From Octopus sinensis (lineage: Eukaryota), in assembly GCF_006345805.1 (NCBI RefSeq), contig NC_043002.1, positions 104,532,001-104,596,000 of the forward strand: 64,000 nucleotides of DNA, written 5' to 3'. Of the stretch, positions 53,201 to 64,000 are shown in pieces. A program made the position numbers and the translations under genes. The first letter of the stretch is position 1. Every line of letters starts with the position of its first letter. A model generated the notes under the pieces. That model had not been told where the DNA came from. It made no database searches and worked only from the letters and a program-made list of their open reading frames with translations.

Positions 53201-56200
53201 ATTGTATAGAGGGCATTATTACACATAAATGCCTCACACTAGGAGGGACAGAGTCATTACTACCAAAATTATACTAATCATACCCAAATGCAGTTTTTCA
53301 AAGCAAGACATTTAAAAATGAATTATGTTCTGTATCACCGTGATTTCACATACAACTTGCGTCTAATGATCGTCAGCAGAACTGATTCTGAATACATCAT
53401 AAATAAACTAACCTTACGTAGCGAAGACGAACAGACAACTGCTCACTCCGGCCAAGCACATGGAATGTTTATAAATCATATATCCGGTAAATGGCGGGCT
53501 TTTTACGAACTGCATGTCGGGTAATGAAAAGTATTCGGAATAAGTTTAACAATTAGGACAATCTCTTAATAAGGGATCTTAACAAGAAATTATCAGGTAG
53601 CTAGCGTGAAAACCTCATAAAAGAAAAGAATCCGAAAATAATTTTTTTCTTCTGAACAAATTAATTATATCTATATTGTATAGAGGGCATTATTACACAT
53701 AAATGCCTCACACTAGGAGGGACAGAGTCATTACTACCAAAATTATACTAATCATACCCAAATGCAGTTTTTCAAAGCAAGACATTTAAAAATGAATTAT
53801 GTTCTGTATCACCGTGATTTCACATACAACTTGCGTCTATGATCGTCAGCAGAACTGATTCTGAATACATCATAAATAAACTAACCTTACGTAGCGAAGA
53901 CGAACAGACAACTGCTCACTCCGGCCAAGCACATGGAATGTTTATAAATATATATCCGGTAAATGGCGGGCTTTTTACGAAGCATGTCGGGTAATGAAAA
54001 GTATTTCGGAATAAGTTTAACAATAAGGACAATCTCTTAATAAGGGATCTTAACAAGAAATTATCAGGTAGCTAGCGTGAAAACCTCATAAAAGAAAAGA
54101 ATCGAAAAATAATTTTTTTCTTCTGAACAAATTAATTATATCTATATTGTATAGAGGGCATTATTACACATAAATGCCTCACACTAGGAGGGACAGAGTC
54201 ATTACTACCAAAATTATACTAATCATACCCAAATGCAGTTTTTCAAAGCAAGACATTTAAAAATGAATTATGTTCTGTATCACCGTGATTTCACATACAA
54301 CTTGCGTCTAATGATCGTCAGCAGAACTGATTCTGAATACATCATAAATAAACTAACCTTACGTAGCGAAGACGAACAGACAACTGCTCACTCCGGCCAA
54401 GCACATGGAATGTTTATAAATCATATATCCGGTAAATGGCGGGCTTTTTACGAACTGCATGTCGGGTAATGAAAAGTATTTCGGAATAAGTTTAACAATT
54501 AAGGACAATCTCTTAATAAGGGATCTTAACAGAAATTATCAGGTAGCTAGCGTGAAAACCTCATAAAAGAAAAGAATCCGAAAATAATTTTTTTCTTCTG
54601 AACAAATTAATTATATCTATATTGTATAGAGGGCATTATTACACATAAATGCCTCACACTAGGAGGGACAGAGTCATTACTACCAAAATTATACTAATCA
54701 TACCCAAATGCAGTTTTTCAAAGCAAGACATTTAAAAATGAATTATGTTCTGTATCACCGTGATTTCACATACAACTTGCGTCTAATGATCGTCAGCAGA
54801 ACTGATTCTGAATACATCATAAATAAACTACCTTACGTAGCGAAGAAACACAGACAACTGCTCACTCCGGCCAAGCACATGGAATGTTTATAAATCATAT
54901 ATCCGGTAAATGGCGGGCTTTTTACGAACTGCATGTCGGGTAATGAAAAGTATTTCGGAATAAGTTTAACAATTAAGGACAATCTCTTAATAAGGGATCT
55001 TAACAAGAAATTATCAGGTAGCTAGCGTGAAAACCTCATAAAAGAAAAGAATCCGAAAATAATTTTTTTCTTCTGAACAAATTAATTATATCTATTATGT
55101 ATAGAGGGCATTATTACACATAAATGCCTCACACTAGGAGGGACAGAGTCATTACTACCAAAATTATACTAATCATACCCAATGCAGTTTTTCAAAGCAA
55201 GACATTTAAAAATGAATTATGTTCTGTATCACCGTGATTTCAATACAACTTGCGTCTAATGATCGTCAGCAGAACTGATTCTGAATACATCATAAATAAA
55301 CTAACCTTACGTAGCGAAGACGAACAGACAACTGCTCACTCCGGCCAAGCACATGGAATGTTTATAAATCATATATCCGGTAAATGGCGGGCTTTTTACG
55401 AACTGCATGTCGGGTAATGAAAAGTATTTCGGAATAAGTTAACAATTAAGGACAATCTCTTAATAAGGGATCTTAACAAGAAATTATCAGGTAGCTAGCG
55501 TGAAAACCTCATAAAAGAAAAGAATCCGAAAATAATTTTTTTCTTCTGAACAAATTAATTATATCTATATTGTATAGAGGGCATTATTACACATAAATGC
55601 CTCACACTAGGAGGGACAGAGTCATTACTACCAAAATTATACTATCATACCCAAATGCAGTTTTTCAAAGCAAGACATTTAAAAATGAATTATGTTCTGT
55701 ATCACCGTGATTTCACATACAACTTGCGTCTAATGATCGTCAGCAGAACTGATTCTGAATACATCATAAAAAAACTAACCTTACGTAGCGAAGACGAACA
55801 GACAACTGCTCACTCCGGCCAAGCACATGGAATGTTTATAAATCATATATCCGGTAAATGGCGGGCTTTTTACGAACTGCATGTCGGGTAATGAAAAGTA
55901 TTTCGGAATAAGTTTAACAATTAAGGACAATCTCTTAATAAGGGATCTTAACAAGAAATTATCAGGTAGCTAGCGTGAAAACTCATAAAAGAAAAGAATC
56001 CGAAAATAATTTTTTTTCTGAACAAATTAATTATATCTATATTGTATAGAGGGCATTATTACACATAAATGCCTCACACTAGGAGGGACAGAGTCATTAC
56101 TACCAAAATTATACTAATCATACCCAAATGCAGTTTTTCAAAGCAAGACATTTAAAAATGAATTATGTTCTGTATCACGTGATTTCACATACAACTTGCG

Positions 56201-56935
56201 TCTAATGATCGTCAGCAGAACTGATTCTGAATACATCATAAATAAACTAACCTTACGTAGCGAAGACGAACAGACAACTGCTCACTCCGGCCAAGCACAT
56301 GGAATGTTTATAAATCATATATCCGGTAAATGGCGGGCTTTTTACGAACTGCATGTCGGGTAATGAAAAGTATTTCGGAATAAGTTTAACAATTAAGGAC
56401 AATCTCTAATAAGGGATCTTAACAAGAAATTATCAGGTAGCTAGCGTGAAAACCTCATAAAAGAAAAGAATCCGAAAATAATTTTTTTCTTCTGAACAAA
56501 TTAATTTATACTATATTGTATGAGGGGCATTATTACACATAAATGCCTCACATAGGAGGGGACAGAGTCATTACTACCAAAATTATACTAATCATACCCA
56601 AATGCAGTTTTTCAAAGCAAGACATTTAAAAATGAATTATGTTCTGTATCACCGTGATTTCACATACAACTTGCGTCTAATGATCGTCAGCAGAACTGAT
56701 TCTGAATACATCATAAATAAACTAACCTTACGTAGCGAAGACGAACAGACAACTGCTCACTCGGCCAAGCACATGGAATGTTTATAAATCATATATCCGG
56801 TAAATGGCGGGCTTTTACGAACTGCATGTCGGGTAATGAAAAGTATTTCGGAATAAGTTTAACAATTAAGGACAATCTCTTAATAAGGGATCTTAACAAG
56901 AAATTATCAGGTAGCTAGCGTGAAAACCTCATAAA
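53198..56935 (-). repeat. Left arm of hammerhead-ribozyme tandem array: ~7.9 x 473-bp monomers
   Basis: Hammerhead motifs (minus strand) start at 53327, 53801, 54272, 54747, 55221, 55694, 56167 and 56641; units differ mostly by 1-nt indels. Confidence 0.95.
53327..53382 (-). ncRNA. Type I hammerhead ribozyme (first left-arm copy)
   Basis: GUUCUG-CUGACGA-stem II-GAAA-UCAC G GUGA-UA-CAGAAC. Confidence 0.85.
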
Positions 56936-56938
56936 CCT

Positions 56939-58733
56939 CAGTTGTCTGTTCGTCTTCGCTACGTAAGGTTAGTTTATTATGATGTATTCAGAATCAGTTC
57001 TGCTGACGATCATTAGACGCAAGTTGTATGTGAAATCACGGTGATACAGAACATAATTCATTTTTAAATGTCTTGCTTTGAAAAACTGCATTGGGTATGA
57101 TTAGTATATTTTGGTAGTAATGACTCTGTCCCTCCTAGTGTGAGGCATTTATGTGTAATAATGCCCTCTATACAATATAGATATAATTAATTTGTTCAGA
57201 AGAAAAAAATTATTTTCGGATTCTTTTCTTTTATGAGGTTTTCACGCTAGCTACCTGATAATTTCTTGTTAAGATCCCTTATTAAGAGATTGTCCTTAAT
57301 TGTTAAACTTATTCCGAAATACTTTTCATTACCCGACATGCAGTTCGTAAAAAGCCCGCCTTTACCGGATATATGATTTATAAACATTCCATGTGCTTGG
57401 CCGGAGGGTGAGCAGTTGTCTGTTCGTCTTCGCTACGAGGTTAGTTTATTTATGATGTATTCAGAATCAGTTCTGCTGACGATCATTAGACGCAAGTTGT
57501 ATGTGAAATCACGGTGATACAGAACATAATTCATTTTTAAATGTCTTGCTTTGAAAAACTGCATTTGGGTATGATTAGTATAATTTTGGTAGTAATGACT
57601 CTGTCCCTCCTAGTGTGAGGCATTTATGTGTAATAATGCCCTCTATACAATATAGATATAATTAATTTGTTCAGAAGAAAAAAATTATTTTCGGATTCTT
57701 TTCTTTTATGAGGTTTTCACGCTAGCTACCTGATAATTTCTTGTTAAGATCCCTTATTAAGAGATTGTCCTTAATTGTTAAACTTATTCCGAAATACTTT
57801 TCATTACCCGACATGCAGTTCGTAAAAAGCCCGCCATTAACGGATATATGATTTATAAACATTCCATGTGCTTGGCCGGAGTGAGCAGTTGTCTGTTCGT
57901 CTTCGCTACGTAAGGTTAGTTTATTTATGATGTATTCAGAATCAGTTCTGGACGATCATTAGACGCAAGTTGTATGTGAAATCACGGTGATACAGAACAT
58001 AATTCATTTTTAAATGTCTTGCTTTGAAAAACTGCATTTGGGTATGATTAGTATAATTTTGGTAGTAATGACTCTGTCCCTCCTAGTGTGAGGCATTTAT
58101 GTGTAATAATGCCCTCTATACAATATAGATATAATTAATTGTTCAGAAGAAAAAAATTATTTTCGGATTCTTTTCTTTTATGAGGTTTTCACGCTAGCTA
58201 CCTGATAATTCTTGTTAAGATCCCTATTAAGAGATTGTCCTTAATTGTTAAACTTATTCCGAAATACTTTTCATTACCCGACATGCAGTTCGTAAAAAGC
58301 CCGCCATTTACCGGATATATGATTTATAAACATTCCATGTGCTGGCCGGAGTGAGCAGTTGTCTGGTTCGTCTTCGCTACGTAAGGTTAGTTTATTTATG
58401 ATGTATTCAGAATCAGTTCTGCTGACGATCATTAGACGCAAGTTGTATGTGAAATCACGGTGATACAGAACATAATTCATTTTTAAATGTCTTGCTTTGA
58501 AAAACTGCATTTGGGTATGATTAGTATAATTTTGGTAGTAATGACTCTGTCCCTCCTAGTGTGAGGCATTTATGTGTAATAATGCCCTCTATACAATATA
58601 GATATAATTAATTTGTTCAGAAGAAAAAAATTATTTTCGGATTCTTTTCTTTTATGAGGTTTTCACGCTAGCTACCTGATAATTTCTTGTTAAGATCCCT
58701 TATTAAGAGATTGTCCTTAATTGTTAAACTTAT
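56939..58733 (+). repeat. Right arm of the array: ~3.8 monomers in inverted orientation
   Basis: Reverse complement of the left-arm unit; predicted cleavage sites at 57046, 57519, 57992 and 58465 are each 473 nt apart; ends in (TA)n. Confidence 0.95.
56997..57052 (+). ncRNA. Type I hammerhead ribozyme (first right-arm copy)
   Basis: Stem I GUUCUG/CAGAAC 6 bp perfect; CUGACGA 57003-57009; stem II CAU/AUG plus GAC-GCAA-GUU; GAAA 57032-57035; stem III AUCA/UGAU; AUA triplet, cut after 57046. Confidence 0.87.
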
Positions 58734-59147
58734 ATATATATATATATATATAAATTCAGGGTGACTACTTGATAAATGTAAGCACCTGTATATGCCAGCT
58801 AGTTGCAGAGGTGCGAGAACAGAACACAAAGGATGTCGTGGTACACATGTTTCGAGCTTTATAAAACAACTTATTCTTACATCAATGTATAATCGACATA
58901 ACAGATAGTTTAAAGCCCTCTTCAGCCGTATGCAATTGCTACACCAAAGACTTGTATCACATTATGAAAGGTCTGAGAAAGAACATTTGGTATTAGTTAT
59001 AATGGTAGGAAAACTGAGTATCACTGAGAAAGTATGTTTGTAAATCTTTATAATCAAGTAGGTGTACAGTGTATTATTGGACTCCAAAAATCCGTCCATA
59101 CTGTTTTCTCACTCACTATATATATACATACATATATACATACATTC

Positions 59148-59370
59148 TGCGAGCTGGCAGAAACGTTAGCACACTGGACAAAATGCTTCGAGGTATTTCG
59201 CCCGTCGCTACGTACTGAGTTCAAATTCCGCCGGGGTCGACTTTGCCTTTCATCCTTTGGGGGTCGATAAATTAAGTACCAGTTACGCACTGGGGTTGAT
59301 GTATTCGACTTAATCCGTTTGTCTGTCCTTGTTTGACCTCTCTGTGTCTAGCCCCTTGTGGGTAGTAAAG

Positions 59371-59375
<5 letters not shown>
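59148..59375 (+). mobile_element. tRNA-derived SINE (GCGAGCTGGCAGAA family)
   Basis: Matches the 29452 copy. Confidence 0.82.
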
Positions 59376-59406
<31 letters not shown>

Positions 59407-60196
59407 AAACTGTAGCAATTGTCCTTAAAGGAATCTGAAGCGCAACCATCGCAATATAGTGAAAGTGTTCGAAATGGTTCGCTTTGAAATTTCATGGATC
59501 AATATTTAATCCAAAACAGCCTTCGGTAGACAAATGACATTTTAACGAAATTTAGTGGATTTATATTTATAGAAAACTTTCGTAGTGACAAAAAACTTTG
59601 CCCGATGTAATAAAACTACTCGCCTCTGGTTTTTCTCTTTTTTTTAAAATTTGTGCTCACTTTGTCGCAATATTTAAGTATAACAAACTATAAGAAACGC
59701 CTCGGGGCCTGTACTACTTCTTTTGCAAAAATAAGGAAATAAATGAAATAAAAATGTGATGATCATATTTTTAAAATAGTAAGAAAGCAACAACTTTAGT
59801 CGTCTTTTTATAATGCTAATAATAATTAGAAAATTTCTTTTCTATTTTAAATAGTTTTAGTTCTAATTTTATATACAATTAATGTCATGAATGTATTACA
59901 AATTTAGCAAATTCTTGTTTTTGTTTTTATTTCCTCATGTCACGACAATAAATGTTTTCTCTGCTTCTCATAAAACCATCAAATATAATGGCTTTTTGTG
60001 ATGTGTGTTTGGGAACCGAATACGTAATTATAAAACAACATCTACACCAGATATTCTAGAACTTTCTATTGTAGTCTTCTGAAAGCTAGAAAACAAAAGA
60101 AAGGAAGACGTCCTTTGTGCAGCATCTGAACGATACACAGTTCACTTCTCGCTCACAGTTATAGCAGAAGCTTCAGAGAGTCAAATATATTCTAAA

Positions 60197-60575
60197 CTAG
60201 CAGTATCGCGCGGCATTGCTCGTGTTTGTTTCGACTCTTTAGAATTGAAATTTTTGAAAAGTAAAAATTTTGCATTATGTTCTCTTTAAGTGAACATTTT
60301 TCTGGTTGAAATAGACCGAAAAATGTCGACACAGCAGTCAAAAAGTCGTAAAAAATAGGGATTTTCATAGAAAAAAAGCACCTTTTTGATGTTAATAATT
60401 TTAGGTGTTAACGTAGTCCGATTTCAATTTTTTCTTCTACGGAAGGAAGAGCAAGCCTTCTATCATAGTCTTAATTTTGGTCAAATTGCGCCGCAGGGTC
60501 TCGGAGGAGATAGTGTTGGATGAAGGCTACTAAACCGGCCATACGCAGACAACTTCAGCTTTATATATAGAAAGA
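60197..60575 (-). mobile_element. Non-autonomous Helitron (~380 bp)
   Basis: Minus strand starts A|TC...TATATATAAAGCTGAAG and ends with a GC-rich hairpin remnant (CGAGCAATGCCGCG) then CTAG|T. Confidence 0.72.
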
Positions 60576-62224
60576 TATCTGAAATTATTTACATACAAAT
60601 CTTTACAATATCACACTCTACTTTAGATCTTAAAATCTCGACGTCTATCTAATGCAATAAACTATATTTTCTTCTAAACGTTTGGTGTCATATTTTCGCC
60701 GTTATCTCAATATTGACTCTGAAAAAGTGTACAAAGAAAATTAAGTCTAAAATATAATCTCCCAGACTTATAGAAACAATGCTATTTATATTTATTTTGT
60801 GGATTATAAAGAAGGACGAAATTACAGAGGTTATAAATGAAGGCATTTTGGATGAAGTATTTTTGAGTATTGATGTGACGAAGAAATATCGCTTAACGGA
60901 CAGGTTAGCGGCGCATGAGATGCAGAACATGGCCCTCGTAATGAGTAATTGATCCACATAGTACCTTTCAAATTGGCATAGAAGAAGCGCAGAGCAGTAG
61001 TATAGCGAATGTTGCTGCATATCGATTAAGTTTGATTATATATCAGCAATCAAGATCAATATGTCGGATGTTTATATTTATCCCCAGAAGTGCGAGCACT
61101 AACAATGGGATTTTCAGGGATCATATATAACCGGGCCCCTTTTTTATGCGATGAATGGAATTCATTATCCATATAAATTTTCAAAGGCCTCCGTTTCAAG
61201 ATCGTGTCCATGGACTGAATGGCTCGAACACACCTGGACTATTTAAAAGAAAATAGCAAGTAGTCGTAAGAAGTCAGAGCTTAAACAGCTGCCAAATAAT
61301 TATGTTGCGATATCGTTCAGTTTTTGTGCAGATTTTAATCGAATTTTTTACTCTGAAAGATGGCACTGCGTACAATGGGCGGAATTCTGCTGTTATTTTC
61401 ACATCATCCGATGCTGGAGAATAATTTCCATTAGTGAGATAGACACCAAAGTTAGTATCTATTGTCACGATTTATCATGACTATATGTATCTGTTACTTT
61501 GTATTAAAAGCCCGTTTATATGTATATATCCAGCCCCTTAGAATTATATGCGTTATATGTATATATTGCACGTTATAGAAATAAACATTACATGTATCTG
61601 TTTGAATTTAAAAACAACAAAAAGAAAAGGCTTTATACGAAATAGTCATTTGTGAACCTGGAGATAATCAAAACTCACAACGCACAGTTGTACGAGATGC
61701 TACATTGAATAATATTTTCTAATAAGGGTCCACGGCTTGAAATTTATTTAGCGAACGGACAGTTTATATATTGTTGTCGGTAGTTTATATTTTGTAGGTG
61801 AAAGGACTTATAAACTTTTTGGCTATTATGTCAAGTTATAATTTCGCTGATAAAGAAGGTTTAATGGACTACTGTAATTTATATTATTTATATATCCGGA
61901 TAATAGAGATTATATCTTATTAGTAAGGGGGACTTAATACTAAATTTAATGATTAATATGTGTAATTGAATATGGTTTTGTAAGGTGTACTTACCAGCCC
62001 GTCACTATTGATGATCTCAGTACTAATCTGGTATTTAATTTATCCACCCGATAGGATGAAAGCTAATTCGACTTCGGCGGAATTTGAACTCAAATGCAAA
62101 GTTGATATAATCTGCAAAGAACAATAAAAGGTTACTGATCCGTCAATTATTCCATACTTATAAAGGACAACAGTAAATGCGCTACTTTACATACATATTT
62201 CGGTCTTAAAGTGTCATTTCGGTC

Positions 62225-62319
62225 ATAAAGTGTCTTGCTCAAGAACACAACACGCAACCCGGTCCGGAATCGAACTCACAGCCTCACGATTGTAAGCTCG
62301 ACACTCTAACACATGATTC

Positions 62320-62390
<71 letters not shown>

Positions 62391-62515
62391 TATATATATA
62401 TATGTATGTATATATATATGAATCAGGTGTTTGAGTGTCGAGCTTACGATCGTGAGGCTGTGAGTTCGATTCCCGGACCGGGTTGCGTGTTGTGTTCTTG
62501 AGCAAGACACTTTAT
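62225..62515. repeat. ~96-bp inverted duplication of a 5'-truncated family B SINE head around (TA)n
   Basis: 62225-62320 is the reverse complement of 62419-62515. Confidence 0.9.
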
Positions 62516-63089
62516 TTCACGTTGCTCCAGTTCACTCAGCTGTAGAAATGAGTTGCGACGTCACTGGTGCCAAGCTGTATCAGCCTTTGCGTTTCCCTTG
62601 GATGACATCGGTGGCGTGGAGAAGGGAGGCCGGCATGCATGGGCGACTGCTGGTCTTCCATAAACAACCTTACCCGGACTTGTGCCTCGGAGGGTAACTT
62701 TGTTGGTGCATTCTTGTTCATTCTTGACCGAAGTGGGTCTCAATATATATGTATACACACACACATATTTCGTTTCGACTTTGTCGACCAGAGTCGAGTC
62801 CTTGCGTATCACCTTATATGTTGTCTGTGTCTCTCTTAAGAGAAACAACTATAAACTCATGAAGTTCATTACGTGACTTCTTGTTCCGTAGTGACATATT
62901 TAATTACACGCACACGCGCACACACATACACAGACACACACAGGCAAACACACAGTCACACACACACACACACACACACCACACACACACACACGAGTAA
63001 GCACATAGATGTAAAACAATGTGTAAAAAAAACAGTTCTCGAATACCTAGGTTTAGGTGCTTCTTCTTATATATATAGATATATATATA

Positions 63090-63152
<63 letters not shown>

Positions 63153-63704
63153 GTATGTATATATATATGAATCAGGTGTTTGAGTGTCGAGCTTACGATC
63201 GTGAGGCTGTGAGTTCGATTCCCGGACCGGGTTGCGTGTTGTGTTCTTGAGCAAGACACTTTATTTCACGTTGCTCCAGTTCACTCAGCTGTAGAAATGA
63301 GTTGCGACGTCACTGGTGCCAAGCTGTATCAGCCTTTGCGTTTCCCTTGGATGACATCGGTGGCGTGGAGAAGGGAGGCCGGCATGCATGGGCGACTGCT
63401 GGTCTTCCATAAACAACCTTACCCGGACTTGTGCCTCGGAGGGTAACTTTGTTGGTGCATTCTTGTTCATTCTTGACCGAAGTGGGTCTCAATATATATG
63501 TATACACACACACATATTTCGTTTCGACTTTGTCGACCAGAGTCGAGTCCTTGCGTATCACCTTATATGTTGTCTGTGTCTCTCTTAAGAGAAACAACTA
63601 TAAACTCATGAAGTTCATTACGTGACGTCTTGTTCCGTAGTGACATATTTAATTACACGCACACGCGCACACACATACACAGACACACACAGGCAAACAC
63701 ACAG

Positions 63705-63743
<39 letters not shown>

Positions 63744-63813
63744 TAAGCACATAGATGTAAAACAATGTGTAAAAAAAACAGTTCTCGAATACCTAGGTTT
63801 AGGTGCTTCTTCT

Positions 63814-63860
<47 letters not shown>
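62401..63860 (+). repeat. Tandem duplication, period 749 bp, each unit containing a family B SINE
   Basis: Identical ORFs at 62536/63285, 62561/63310 and 62639/63388; units bounded by (TA)n. Confidence 0.92.
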
Positions 63861-63861
<1 letters not shown>

Positions 63862-64000
63862 GCACACACATATATATATAGAGAGAGAGAGCCTGCCGAA
63901 CGAATTGTGTTGTAAGGCTTTCCTTCCGATTTTTATGTACTGAGTTCAAATACCGACGGGGCCGACCTAAATAATTTTGATTATTTCTTGGTTGTTAAAA

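Noticed and set aside
53288-53524. Repeated 78-aa ORF (MQFFKARHLK...) in the 473-bp monomer as a multicopy gene
   Set aside because: It is antisense to the ribozyme strand, has no recognisable domain and is broken by indels in many units; most simply incidental
53198-56935. Second-polarity ribozyme (viroid-like ambisense) in the monomer
   Set aside because: No CUGANGA core found on the ORF strand by eye; other ribozyme classes were not excluded
53198-58733. Array as a CRISPR, or as a Helitron-internal satellite
   Set aside because: No repeat-spacer alternation and the DNA is eukaryotic; the TCTATATT and CTAG motifs lack a convincing Helitron 3' hairpin

Overview
Repeat-dense, AT-rich eukaryotic DNA with no multi-exon gene I can identify; the tRNA-derived SINE families and microsatellite load suggest an octopus genome (inference). 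Almost all track ORFs are microsatellite or antisense artefacts. The window holds degenerate mobile elements: two mariners, a Helitron helicase fragment and a non-autonomous Helitron, two RLE-type LINE fragments, a CR1/L2-like LINE, two Penelope-like (PLE) fragments with solo termini, and many SINEs. Two things stand out. (1) A 5.5-kb array (53198-58733) of a 473-bp monomer: each of its 12 hammerhead-region copies carries a type I hammerhead ribozyme fold (one core broken), in two divergent arms that both end in (TA)n. This looks like a retrozyme/ribozyme satellite, possibly inserted by rolling-circle reverse transcription of a circular RNA. A second 153-bp hammerhead dimer and several minimal PLE hammerheads also occur. 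(2) Two copies of a ~2-kb ORF1-only Tx1/L1-like element, each inserted at the same position of the tRNA head of a SINE family with a ~16-17-bp target duplication. All folds and alignments were done by eye; boundaries of old elements are approximate.
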